Shown here piece after piece: positions 26,441 to 39,866 of a stretch of DNA of 64,000 nt. Source of the DNA: the human T2T-CHM13v2.0 reference genome, Homo sapiens. The notes beneath the pieces are model-generated. The model made no database searches and was not told the DNA's origin. It was given only the letters and a program-made list of their open reading frames with translations. The position numbers and the translations under genes are program-made. The stretch lies in the NCBI RefSeq assembly GCF_009914755.1, contig NC_060927.1. One strand, written 5' to 3'. Within the stretch, counting starts at the first letter, position 1. Each line of letters opens with the position of its first letter.

Positions 26441-29400
26441 GAAAGAAGCCTTAAAAGAGAAAGCGCGGTGTATCAAAACTCACTAAATGCCACATCTAAG
26501 ATTTATGCATTTCTCAATGTGTATATTTTACTTTAAAATACTCATAACCAAATATTAAACTCTAGATGGTGATATACATGTGTCAGGGTTTAGGGGTTGA
26601 GTGTACAGAGGTCTGCACCTTCTTTTGAAATGTATCTAAAAATAAGATAGATTGATGGATGGGTTGAGGGATGACAAGGTGTGTGATAAAGCTAGGAAAA
26701 TCCTAGTTGCACAATTTAGGTAGTGGAATTGTGGGTATTCACTGTACAATTCTTGTAGCTTCTCTGTGTATTTGAAGATGTTTGTAATACAGGTTGGAAT
26801 AAATATGCTCAAGTGGAGGATGCAAGTTGCAGTAGCATGAAGGGAAGATAATTATGATTTATCACCCTTTGTTACACAGTGCTATTTTGTTTATCTTCTT
26901 TAAAATTCCATTAAAACCCACCACAGGAGCCTTTGCAATGTAGCTGATTTATCAAATTCAGAAGAATACTTCCAGCGTCTCTGACTCATTTGATCACCTG
27001 GATACCTTTGAGTTAATCTTCCAGCCACAGCTCTGATTCTCCCCTTTTGACTGTGATCATCCTGAAGGTGTTTCCCTCAATGCTGAGTGCTTGGAGCCGC
27101 TTTAGAATTGCTTTCACTCTCTGTTAATTTGGAGAACAAAGAATCAATAAGTAGAAGGAGATTGGGAAATTAGTGATCGGGGACGGTGCAGAGTTCATAA
27201 ATAATTTAAAATATACAGAGTTCTGGCTTTTCAACAGAGATTTTAATAAAAGATGAACAAGGTCATCTTCTTCCTTCTGATGAAAGTTACCCATCTGTAG
27301 TGCCATGGCGGATGCTGTGTACAAGAGCTGAAATGGTGGTTCCTGTTAACTTTGAGAGCTTTGGACAAAAATGCCAGATACATCCTTCTAGATAGCAATA
27401 TCAGGCGAGCCTTTGAGTGGGGAGGGGAAGTTATAAACCACTGTAGAGAATCACAGAGTGAACCGAGGACAGAGATTGGATCAACACTCCATTCCTTTTC
27501 TGTTTTCTTGGAATGAAGTCAGAGCAACATTGTTTTCATTTTTGTTTGCAGTGAACCTAATTTTTGAACTGATCTATGTAGTAATAAGCACAGGAAAGGA
27601 AAAGTGGAAGAAAGGAGATTCAGCACATTAGCTAGTGAGGTCTTGCGTGATAACGAAGACAACACAAGCCTGAGCCCTCCTGGCTAGTGAGGTTGGCTCT
27701 GCCTGCCTTTGCCCATCCCACCACCTTCTCCCGTGCTGAGCCTTTCCCAGCCAGACAGTGTTTTGAGGGGCCTTTACTACCCCTCTCCCTGCCAGCCCCA
27801 GCCTAGCTGTAATCACCCATCTGGAAGGCGTGTTTTCCTGGCATTTACCTCCCATTATATGGCACTTCACTTGGGAAGTGCTCCAACAGAGGCACTCTGC
27901 TGTATCCCAAGAAGCCCTCAATGGCATTACCGTAATTCTGTTTATATGACGCACCCCCAAATTCTTGAGCTGTGGCTGTGACAGAATCAGTAATTGGAAA
28001 TAGAATTTCTGTGATAGTCACTGAGTTCCCCCAAGTATTAGGCCTGGGAGTGGACTTGTCCAGGTGGTATCCGTGGGATTGTGTAGGGGCAAACAGCGAT
28101 GGATACCCTGTTGATATACTGAGAGATGCTAAGAAATCCAAAGCATTCCAGTGACAGCGAACATTGCATTGATAGAATAGGGATGTAAGAAGGCTGATTA
28201 ATTGCCACATTTGATAAAGGGTTGGAGAGGGGATGAAGGGGGAAGAACGTGTGTGTGTGCATGCACGCTAAGGAGTACCACGATAGTTTGTGTGTTTCTT
28301 CCATTGTTTTCAGCCCTGGATAAAGAGGGCCCACCTGTCTCCAAATCCCTGGTAGCAGGCAGAGCTCAGTACAGTAGGCTATATTGGGTATAGGGCATCT
28401 ATGAGGCAAAGACCATATCTCACTCACATCCGGGTCTTGAGGTCCTGACATTGAGAGTGTGCCCTGGAAAGAGCACCGAAGGTTAGTGAGGGCAGCTGCG
28501 TCTGAGCACTGGTGCTGATGCTGGTGGGATGGACTACAGAGTCTGTCCCCACTACCTTTGGAAGAGCTACCCAATTAAAACTGAGTTGGTGGAGGTATTC
28601 CCACTGTGTCTCCCACACCTTCTCTCGAGGGTTCAGATATGTCGCGTTCTGACTTCCCAGCAGCCTGCATCATGCCTCTTGTCTCCAGCACTTCCCTCAC
28701 TGTGTTCTTGCTCTACTGAGTACTCTCAGCTGTGTGGTTGCTTTAGGACCCAAGCGGTGCTGTTCCCTCCCCTAGGAAGATGTGCTCTTCTGGGATTTGG
28801 GAGCATTCATGACATCGTTCTCTGTACCACCCTACAAGCATCCCTTTCCCTACCAGGTTTGTAATATAGTCAACTTTTAGGGAGGGGGACATGTGTTCAT
28901 TTATTGTTTTATTAATTATTAAGTGCCCTTGCTGTGTTGGGAATAGACAAGGAATTTGCCGAAACTATAATCCATAACCACCCAGATTTCTATTAGACCT
29001 TCATGTTCATTTACAGATAGGACTTAATTTTCTTAATCAGTTACCAATTGTTGGGTGACTGGTTCCCTGTTAATGTATGGTTGGGTGAGTGGGCCAGCTG
29101 GGTATACAGAGGTTCAGGGTATTCAATGCAGAAAGGACCTGAAGATCCATGGAGGTCATGTGGTCCAACTTTCTGCCTTCAGAGGAGGAGTGTGTGTGGG
29201 GTGCACATCTGAGAAAATTTACAGACTAGGCTGGGGTGGGGATAAAGGAGAGTCTCATCTGTAGGTCTGCTGCTTTGGGTTTCTTTAGATTAGCTTAGAA
29301 GCTGGAAACTGGCCAACGAAATGCACAGAATTGCTGGAATTCTGGAGAAGAGTTTGCACCTTACTCTGTACTTTCTAATTAAAAGGGGGACCCCTCAGAG

Positions 29401-30983
29401 GTGATTCCGATTCTGGACTCCCACTGGTGTAGTGTGGCAGGTTGAGTTTGCCGCCCCGGGCACATCCCCTCATGGTCAGAGGGATGAAGAGGAGGGGGTG
29501 AATGTCAGGTTCCAGAAAAGCCTGCTCTAAAGTCATTTCCTGGTCATGCTGATCTGGAAATAGCTGAGAACTGTGATTGAGACCCAAGTTTTGCCCCCAA
29601 AGCTAGCTTTATATATGGTTGTAGCAGTCAGGACCTACCAGATGGAGGGGACCTGTGGGATAGGGATAACAGGTGCCGTGTGCATTGGCACACAGGAGGG
29701 CAAGAGGGGAGAGAGGGAAAGGCTGCGAGGGGAAATGGAGAGAGAAAGGAGGCTCTTAGGAAAATCCCTGGAGGAGGGAAGACTTCTAACCTGAGCCGAG
29801 GCCCTGAGCCAGTTCCTCTGATTTTTTTTTTAAAGTCAAACATGGATAAAGTCACACTCAGGTGTCACTGTGAGGGGAAAGGTGGAGAAAAGTGACTGTG
29901 GTTTCAGTTTCAGCTTTAGCCACCATCTTGGCTTATGATGTTAGATCAGTTCTTGCCTCTCTCTGAGCCTCAATTTACCTATCTATATTTTATTAGTTGA
30001 GGAATCCTGAATTGTAACATGAAATGGTTGTATGTTTCCAATCTCTGCTTTTACCTGTGCCTTGTTGGATCTCCCTCTCCCCTTCCTAGATGACCTCTTG
30101 GGCAGACTTCCCATTTTCAGTTAACGAAACGTCAGTGTTTTCATCTGATTTAAGACTCCTTCTTGCTCCTGCCTTGCCACTGTAGTAAGGGGGCGTGGGC
30201 TGCTCTCCCTACCTCTCAGCTCTGACTCCTCCATTAGTGAGAAGGAGGCAGAGGGATAGGAGCAAGTACCTTTATGCTTAACTGGGCACAAGAGATGTTT
30301 TCTTCCTGGTTGGTTTTTGCAGCTTCTCTAGCTGAAACTGGCCAGGCAGCAGCACCCTTGGTCTGACAGGCATCTACGTGCAGATTCCTGCTGAAATTCT
30401 GTGGAGACCTCTCCACCTCACAGGTCCCAATAGGGATTTGTGGCTCTGGTTCAGCCACTCTGATCCCTGCTGCACAGCCTCTGGTTGCTAGAGTAACCTT
30501 GCATGGTGGCCAGTTCCCCTGGGTGAGATCCCAGAGAGAGCTCAAGCCTAGCCACCCTGTGGGGCCCACTTAACTTGCAGGAAGCTCATGGGTCTCTGCC
30601 AGGTCAAAGGGTAGCATGGCGACTGTCCTAGCACAGGCGAGCGGAGCAGCGGTTCAGGACTGTAGCCAAAGCTGAGAGTTCCCTGGGGTCTGAGGTGCTA
30701 GTTTATCCATCTTGCAAACGTGATTGTCTTGATGATTCTCTTAAGTCCCCGTTTCTTAGATCTAGGAAGGGGACCTCCCTCTAGCTGTTATCCTCTTCCA
30801 CAAGGCTGCCAACATGCTGATGCTGTGTTCCCTCTCAAGCCTCACTAGCCTGTGGCTGTGGATGGGTGGGGGGTGGGGGATGGTGGAAAAGGGATGGTTG
30901 ATTATAAAGGGCTGGCTTAGTGAGCCCTGGGCTGGGGAGATGTCTAGTTCCATCTGTTGGTTTCTTAGAAAATGAGGTATTCA

Positions 30984-31299
30984 GGCCGGGTGTGGTGACT
31001 CATGTCTGTAATCCCAGCACTTTGGGAGGCCGAGGTGGGCAGATCACCTGAGGTCAGGAGTTCGAGACCAGCCTGGCCAACATGGTGAAACCCCATCTCT
31101 ACTAAAAATACAAAAATTAGCCCAGCGTGGTGGTAGGCATCTGTAATCCCAGCTACTCAGGAGGCAGAGGCTGAGGTAGGAGAATCGCTTGAACCTGGGA
31201 GGCGGAGGTTGTGGTGGCCCTGAGATCACACCATTGCATTCCAGCCTGGGTGACAGAGCGAGACTCCATCTCAAAAAAAATAAATAAATAAAATAAAAT
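30984..31299 (+). mobile_element. AluSx-type
   Basis: Full Alu with TSD aaaatgaggtattca on both sides. Confidence 0.95.
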
Positions 31300-32249
31300 A
31301 AAATGAGGTATTCAGTTCTTGTTTTCAGCAGGGAGCCCTGTCTTCTCTAATACCTGGGTAACAGGAAGCAGTCACCCAACTCTCCTTTATGTACAGAATG
31401 AAGAATTTTATCATAACCCACACTACTATACCTTAGATACACACATAAGCACAAGTGTCAGATGCAGACCCTGTGCCTTTTATTTGTGTTGTCTTTCTGT
31501 GCTTTTGCTGTTCTCTCTGTGGTTATTTGTCAAAGTATGAGGGTAACTTCTTGTGGAAGGACAGATGTTAAGTATTCTTTAAGGCCATTGTAAGCTCCCC
31601 ATCTTCCAAACCTTAGAGAGTCAACACACACTGTTCTGAGTCTGCTGTGTGCTTACATCAGTGCTGACAGACCAAATTATAGTACTCCCTAACCCAATTC
31701 TAAAGGATGAATGCCATGGCACTTAAAGTATTTTGCAGAAACTATTATTTTAACTTATTTTCACAGTGGCTATGGGTTTTTTATAGTCTTGTAGGAACTT
31801 TGGTTAAATACAGAGTAAAAACTGAAGCTGCTATGGGAATAATGAGGGATCAGGTCCTTCAAGGTCTTAAAAAAAATCTCTAAGTAGCAGTTTCTTTTGT
31901 GCCTGCAATTCTGAATTGCAGTGTGTCCCTCCAGACAAAGCTGAGCGCCATATGTGACTGTGCCTGTTTGTGTTTTCAAAAGCCTCAGCGGTCACTGCCA
32001 TTTCAGTGCCTGCAAGTCTTGACAGGAAGCAGTGGTAAAAGACTGTCAGAACCTGTTTGTAAAAATGTTTGTGTTTGCAAAGATTTTTGCTAGTATTCCA
32101 TGCATATCTTAGCTATTAAGCAAAAATATTATACCATTCATCTTAGAAGAAGGAACAAGGCTAGGTAATCACTAGCATTCTCTTTTCTTTTTCTGGCAGA
32201 GAACTGAAAGCCAAGAGCATTCTATCTCATGAGCACTACAGGTCTAGGG

Positions 32250-32461
32250 CAGGGGTGAGCAAACCTTTTCTGTAAAGAATTGAATAGTAAATATTCTAGG
32301 CTTTGTGGGCCGTGTGGTTTCTGTCACGGCTACTCAGGTCTGCTGCCACAGAGCAAAAGCAGCCTTAGACAAGAAAACAAACGAGCGTGGTTGTGTGGCA
32401 GTAGAGCTTTATTTATGAAAACCTGGCTGGTGGACCAGAGGCCATAATTTGCCAACCCCTG
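32250..32461 (-). mobile_element. MER58A
   Basis: TIR caggggtgagcaaac...tttgccaacccctg. TSD gtctaggg / gtctagtg. Confidence 0.88.
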
Positions 32462-34024
32462 GTCTAGTGAAAAGAACAAGTTTCGAGTTGTCACCGATGG
32501 TTGAATTTAGCCCAAGACGGTAGCTTTGCTTGTCTGATTACCTTCATGCCAACCCACATTTTCTCTGGCTGACACTAACCAGGACAGAAGCCTAGGCTGG
32601 TCTTCCATTTTCTCTTAAGAAAGTGATCAGTTTATGGGATTGTATGCACTTTACCTCACCCACAGCAGATGTTCAGGAACTGAGTATCCAACATAGGATA
32701 AAATACAGAATGAAAGCATCCTTTAACATTGAGATGAGGTTGTGGTGAAGGGGAGGAGTTAGCAGTCTGTCACTGGGGTGACTTTCTGGGGAGCTCTAAT
32801 CAGTCATGTGTTTCTGCTAGCAGCAGCATCCCCTCCTCATTCCTCATGTGGCATACATTGCAGGTCTTCCTGGCGCAGATGCTTTCTTTGCTCACACACA
32901 TTCCCTCCCTTCTTTCGTTTTTCTCCCCCCAGCACACAATGCTGCTGCTGCCACACACCATTTCACCCCATGCTGGCCCACAAAGAAGACAGAGGTTGAT
33001 GACATAGCATGCAACTTCAGAAAGTTCACCACTTTGAGCCCCGATGTATAAATGGTAGCACTTGGTACTAACTCTGCCAGTGCGTTCAAAAGTCATCATA
33101 AGGACAATGTGATATTTATTTAAATACATATTGCATTGCTGACTGACAGTGTATTTGCAGTCATTATCCATTTCTAGAGACAAGTTCATGGCAAGCATGG
33201 TAAAAAGCTGGACCTCAGGAGGGAACTGAGGACAAAGTAAGCCCTGATGACTCTCACTGGCCTCCTGCTGCACCTGTCCTTATATTTGACCTGTTAGGTT
33301 GGTTACTTTAAAAAGCCAGTTACGGGGAGGCTCATTTAAAAAGACATAACACCTGTGAAAGATTATTTTAACGTGGAATATATGACTGGACAATTATTTG
33401 CCAATCTGATGAAGTAGGGCCACAGGTTTTGTTTTCATTATTCTGTATCTACTGATCAGCATATCCACTTGCTTGCACAGGCTACACCTATAATGTCCAC
33501 AACTTCCAGTTGCCTCTTATGTAACAATAGAACAAGAACATAAAGATACAGAGGAAAGCTGAGAGCAATTCTAAATGTCTATGGTTTTTTCTTTATCTCT
33601 TGTTGTTATACATCCATATCTGATTCAACAATAAAACATGTAACATTGCTTATCCAGTACTTCCAATGGATTCAGCCTGGTGTTTTGGAAGAAACAACTC
33701 TTTCTTTTGCACTCGTATCTCATTATTTGAGACAGTACTTAATTAATTTAGGTAGTTACTAATCCAACTGACATAAACTTGGGAACCAACCACCAACTCC
33801 TGATAAGCAAACAGCTCAACTCTTGGGGAACAAAAACGTGTAAGCTCTTTAGAAATTAACAAGTCATGAGAGTTCAGTATGGCTTGGGCGTTAGTCATTA
33901 CCTTTTAGCCAGAGGGAACAAAGAATGCCAGTTCAAATGACAAGTTGGTTAAAAGGAAATCTGACAGCTTCTAGAGTGTTGGAAAAGAGGTCAAGACCTG
34001 AGCTTCTACCCTCAATGGCTCAAA

Positions 34025-36362
34025 CAGGCATACCTTGGAGATATGGTTGGTTTGGTTCCAGACTACCACAATAAAGCAAATATTTGCAGTAAAGTGAGTC
34101 ACACAAATGTTTTTGTTTCCCGGTGCATATGAAAGTTATGTCTATACTATACTGTAGTCTGTTAAGTGTCCAATAGCATTATGTCTAAAAAATGCACATA
34201 CCTTAATTAAAAATACTTTATTACTAAAAATGCTAATGATCATCTGAGCCTTCAGCAGGTCATAATCTTTTTGGTGGTAAGGGGCTTTGCCTTGATGTTG
34301 ATGGCTGCTGACCGATCACAGTAGTGGTTGCCGAAGAAGGCTGGGGTGGCCGTGGCAATTTCTTAAAACAAGGAAGTTTGCCACATGATAGATTCTTCCT
34401 TTCATGAAAGATTTCTCTGTAGCATGGGATGCTGTTTGACCGCATTTTACCCACAGTAGAACTTCTCTCAAAATTGGAGTCAATCCTCTCAAACCCTGCC
34501 ACTGCTTTATCAACTATGTTTATGTGATATTCTAAACCCTCTGTTTCATTTCAACAGTGTTCACCAGGAGTAGATTCCATATCAGGAAACCACTTTCTTT
34601 GCTCATCCATAAGAAGCAACCCCTCATTTATTCAAGTTTTATCTTGAGATTGCAGCAATTCAGTTCTACCTTCAATCTTCACTTCTAATACTTATTCTTT
34701 GCTATTTCCACCATGTCTACAGTTGCTTCCTCTACTGAGGTCTTGAACCCCTCAAAGTCATCCATGAGGGTTGGAATCAACTTCTTCCAAACTCCTGTTA
34801 ATGTTGAAATGTTGACTTTCTTTAATGAATCACAAATGTTCTTAATGACATCCAGAATGGTGAATTCCTCCCAGAGGTTTTCAATTTACTTTGCCCAGAT
34901 CTGTAAGAGGAATTGCTATCTATGGGAGCTGGAGACTTATGAAATATATTTATTAAATCATAAGGCTTTTCAGAGTCAAAATTACTCTTTGATTCATGGG
35001 CTGCAGAATGGATATTAGCAGGCATGAAAACCTTCATCTCCTTGTGCATCTCCATCAGATCAGGTGCATTGTTAGTGAGCAGTAATATTTTGAAAGGAGC
35101 TTTTTTCTGAGCAGTAGGTCTCAACAGTGGGCTTGAAATATTCAGTCAGCTGTGCTATAAACAGATGTGCTGTCACTCAGGCTTTGTTTTCCATTTATAG
35201 AGCATAGAGTAGATTGAGCATCATTCTTAAGGGCCCTGGGATTTTCAGAATGATAAAGGAGCATTGGCTTCAACTTAGTCACCAGCTGCATTAGCCCCTA
35301 ACAAGAGAGTCAGCCTGTCCTTTGAAGCTTTGAAGCCAGGCATTCCCCTCTCTAGCTAGAAAAATCGTCGATGGGATCTCCTTACAATAGAAGGCTGTTT
35401 TGTCTACATGAAAATCTGTTTAGTGTCACCACCTTCATCAGTGATCTTAGATCGTCTGGAGAACTTGCTGCAGCATCCTCATCAGCACTTACTGCTTCAC
35501 CTTGTACTTTTATGTTATGGAGATGGCTGCTTTTCTTAAAACTTATGAACTAAGCCCTGCTAGCTTCCAACTTTCTCTGCAGCTTCTTCAGCCTTTATAG
35601 AATTTAAGAGAGTTAGGGCCTTGCTCTGGATTAGACTTTGGCACAAGAGAATGGGCTGGTTTGATCTTCTGTCCAGACCCTTAAAACATTTTCTGTATCA
35701 GCAATAAGGGTGTTTCACTTTCTTATCATCATTTGTTCATTGGAGTAACACTTCTAATTTCCTTCAAGAACTTTTGCTTTGCATTCACAACTTGGCTAAT
35801 GGTTTGGTACGAAAGGCCTGGCTTTCAGCCTGTCTCTGCTTTGAACATGCCTCCCTCACTAAGCTTAATCATTTCTAGCTTGTGATTTAAAGTGAGACAT
35901 ATGAGTCTTCCTTTCACTTGAATACTGAGAGGCTGTTGTAGGGTTATTAATTGGTCTAATTTCAATGTTATTGCGTCTCAGGGAATATGGAAGCCCAAGG
36001 ACAGAGAGAGAGAGATGGAGAACAGCTGGTTGGTGGAGCAGTCAGAACACACACATTTATCAATTTTGTTCACAGTCTTCTATGGGCGCAGTTTGTGATG
36101 TCTCCAAACAATTACAATAGTAACATCGAGGATAAGTGATCATAGATCACCGTACCAGATACGATAAAAATGAAACAGTTTGAAATATCACAAGAATTAC
36201 CAAAATGTGACACAGAGACACAAAGTGAGCACTTAACTGCTGGAAAAATGGTACCAATAGACCCGCTTGTTGCAGCATTGCCACGGATGTTCAGTTTACA
36301 AAAAATTGCATTGTCTGTGAAGCTCAATAAAGTGTGAAGTACAATAAAATGAGATATTCCTG
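34025..36362 (-). mobile_element. Tigger1 DNA transposon, near full length, decayed transposase
   Basis: TIRs caggcatacct... and ...gagatattcctg-ta. Minus-strand ORF pieces [24 protein letters not shown] and [28 protein letters not shown] are Tigger1 transposase. Confidence 0.95.
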
Positions 36363-36463
36363 TATAATAATAACTATTGTGTGCATACTATGTGCTGACC
36401 ATTGCACATTATCTCATGTACTCCTTTTAACCGTGCTTTCACTGATTAGAAAACCAAGGCAAG

Positions 36464-36727
36464 GGCTGGGTGTGGTGGCTCACGCCTGTGATCCCAACAC
36501 TTTGGGAGGCTAAGGTGGGCAGATTGCTTTGAGCTCAGGAGTTCAAGACCAGCCTAGGCAATGTGGCGTAACCACATTTCTTAAAAAAATATTAGCCTGT
36601 GTGGTGGCATGTACTTACGGTCCCGGCTGCTCGGGAGGCGGAGGTTGTAATGAGCTGAGATTGCACCATTACACTCCACCCTGGGGAACAGAGACTCTGT
36701 CTTAAAAAACAAAAACAAAAACAAAAA
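36464..36727 (+). mobile_element. Alu with internal right-arm deletion, inserted in a MIR (about 36370-36830)
   Basis: Alu body with an (AAAAAC)n tail. The segment between the two CGGGAGGC copies is missing. Confidence 0.9.
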
Positions 36728-39566
36728 GGCTGAGTTAGAGAAGAGCAAAGTGCTTGCCCAAGGTTATATAGCTTAGACCGAGTGGGGATTTTGAACTCAG
36801 ACTGCTTGACTCCATATTTACTGTGCTCTCCAGCTTAGGGCAAACTGGTAGCCGGGAAGTCATCCAGCTCGATTTCAGCTTGCCTCCTCCTGATTTCCTG
36901 GATGTCTGGTTTTTAAAAAGTTAATAGCAAACTAGTATAGTGTTGGCTCCACAGACGTGCTTTTCAGAACCCACCTATTTGCCCTTTACTGGTAATCAGG
37001 GGTAATCCTGTCCCATATCTGTACCCTGATATGTCTGGGTTGTAAAAAGTGTAAGACTGGATGGTACAGTTAAGCTATTTGTTCTGGATTTGGGTTTTTT
37101 AAGTTTGGCATTTGAGCAGAATCACAAGTTGTAGAAAGTAGTAATTTCCAGACATTTGAGATCTGATTCACCAACATTACTGTAATTAAAGAAAAACCTA
37201 TATTTGTTTGCTCCATTTTGTCTCACTAGGATGTTTTATAAATAATAAACCTAGACATTTAGAAAATAGCATCTATTCAGCTGGTTAAGCTTTCGTGGCC
37301 CTTCATGTTCAGATGTCTCAAGGTGATATGAGTGTGCCTCAATTTATAGGGAGTGACTATGGACGGTGAACTATATTGACATATAAAGGCAGCTTTAAAA
37401 TACAGACTACAGAAATCAAGTGGCTTGACAATTCCCTTAGAACATATGTTTATGAAGTATAGAGCTCAAATGTAATGATTTCAGTTGGTTACAGAGTATT
37501 AATGAATTTTGAATTGAGGCAATTGTGATCAAGCTTGTTGCCTTTTCTAACATGAATCATTATTAAAATGATGATTGTCCTCCATAGTTATGAAAGCATT
37601 AAAAAAGCATCTACCTATGCCTGAATTAACGGGACAGATGTGGTTTTCAGCTTTCACCTGGCCAACAGGACTTCCATGGTTGTGATTTCAAGGTGCTTGT
37701 TTATGTATATGGTTTTGCTGGTATTTTCTGAGTCTTCAATACCATTTCTTGTAATAGGGTGTGAATGGGTGTGTGTGTGCTTGCTAGTATGTCCCCTTGG
37801 TCCTTAGCATTGTGGGAATGTAAAGTGAAGCTGAGTAGGATGTCTCAATGTCCTAGAATCCTCCAGCCTTTGGTTTTTAAGAGGTACCCCTGTGCGAGAG
37901 CTCGTGGAGGCCCTTCTGTGTAACATTCACAACACAACCACCACATTCAGTGACAGCAGGTGCTGAGTGCAAACCGTGTGCCAGGCATTTCCCACCATCA
38001 GTATCAATCCTCAATTCCAGAAAGTTGGTACTGTTGTGACCATTGAGAGGATGAGGAGACCGTTGCTTGGAGACTTTCAGTGCCTTGCCTAGGGCCACAC
38101 GATGGAAAAGAGCAGAACCAGGAATTGGACTGCTCTTCACCATCCTCATGGCTGCCTGGAGGGCAGGCAGTCTTGGGCTTCCTTAAAAGATTTTTGTTTT
38201 GGGAGGGCTCTTCACTGTCTCAAGAAAGCTGAGGGAAGAATTCGTCTCATTTAGTGGATGAGGATACAAAAACATATGTTAAAAATTACAGCCTCGGGCT
38301 CTGTGGACCCTGTTCAGGTGCCAGAGGGCTTTTCTCCTATATTGAGCACCTTTGCCACAAAGAAGCTAGAGGAGGAACCCTCCCCCGATTTCACCTTGTG
38401 AGTTACAGGTGTCTGACAGCCCTGTTCTTAGCTAAGAAGTGTGTGTGCACCTGACTGCAAACAGCCGCCATGCCTGCTGGAGGACACATGTGACACACAG
38501 TTTCTGGGGACCCTCCTGGGCCTACAGACTGCAGTCTCGGGTGGGTACCCATGGCCCAGGACTTCACATTCCTCACACTGCCCTGCCCTGCTTCTCTTCT
38601 GTCTGACCTGATGCCCCAGGCTTAGGGTGGGGAGGGGATGCTGGTGGGTGGGTTGTCATTTTCCTGTCCCAGTCAGGTATTTTGTATTGTTTCTCAATGA
38701 GCCATTTCCCATCTGGATTTGGGGGGGATCAGGGAAGATGGGTGGGTTATGAGTTAGTTTGCTGGGCATCTTCCCTTTTTTCTCTGTCCAGCTCCCAGGT
38801 GTTTGAGGCTTTTTCCTGCCTCCAGGTGCTCCAAATGTGGGGGCTGCCCTTTCTCTATCTGGGTTTCAGCCTCTCCAGCTCCTGCAAGACAGTGCTGTTG
38901 GATCTCTGTAGTGCCTCTTGGTTTGGCCACTCTGGGATTTGTGAGTCATAGTCTTCAGTTTGGTGCTTTTTCCTACTCCATCCTGCCTTCTGCTATTCAT
39001 GCCCCATTGCAAGAACAGGCATTCTTCCTTCCCGTATAAACTTGCAACCTGGTTCCACCCATTCTCCTCTCTTCTTCTCCAGATAGTCGTAGAGATCGCT
39101 GCCTCCCAAAATAGCCCCATTTGATTCCTTAGGACAGGCAGGAAACTCGCTGCCCGACCCTGCCTGAGTCTCCGTTTCCTTAGCTGGAGAGACTGTTCTT
39201 GCTCTAGAAACCAACCACCGGAAATTCACCTCCATCCCTATCACTTCCTGGGGTAGTTCTTTCTGACCATTGGGTTTGCTTCTTGGGTGTCTGGCTCTGC
39301 ATACAGTTAGAAGCTCTTTAAATACCTTTTAACTTCAGGGTTTTTGTGGATGTGTATATGGTGGAGGGAGAGAGTGTATACCAGTGAGCATGAGAGCAAG
39401 AGTTACTATTTATCACAACTGGTGTCCAGGGGTGGCTAAAGATTATCGACTTCTAGAGTTGTGTTTTTCAACTTTTTTTTTAAATCTTAGTGAGCAGTAA
39501 TAAATACATTGTAACTCCCAAGCACACATAAATGTCATCTGAAACACGTTTGAAAAATATATGCGA

Positions 39567-39866
39567 TTTATTTGTTTTTTGAGATGGAGTCTTGTGCTGT
39601 CACCCAGGGTGCAGTGCAGTGGTGCAATCTCGGCTCACTGCAACCACGGCCTCCTGGGTTCAAACAATTCTCCTGCCTCAGCCTCCTGAGTAGTTGGGAC
39701 TACAGGTGTGCGCCACCACGCCCGGCTAATTTTTTTGTATTTTTAGTAGAGAAGGGGTTTCACCCTGTTGGCCAAGCTGGTCTCAAACTCCTGACCTCAA
39801 GCAGTCCGGCCTGCCTTGGCCCCCACGAAGTGCTGGGATTACAGGCATTAGCCACTGCGCCTGGCC
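39567..39866 (-). mobile_element. Alu (AluS-type)
   Basis: Full reverse Alu with degenerate TSD gaaaaatatatgc / gaaaactatatac. Confidence 0.93.

Larger units (their letters stand above)
24780..26800 (+). mobile_element. Old L1M 3' region in sense orientation with nested Alus and an L1PA fragment
   Basis: A-rich L1 ORF2 end and 3' UTR: cttcatcaaaatcaaaac, aaaagatgttcaacatt, atattcatacaatggaatgctactcagc. Confidence 0.8.

Noticed and set aside
28038-28574. Longest ORF in the track (178 aa, minus strand) and similar 100-160 aa ORFs
   Set aside because: No recognisable domain or gene context. The lengths are compatible with chance in 64 kb across six frames.
39217-39225. ETS-like accggaaat (and gcggaagtg near 44841) as ERG sites
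   Set aside because: Single short motifs are expected by chance in 64 kb and there is no supporting context.
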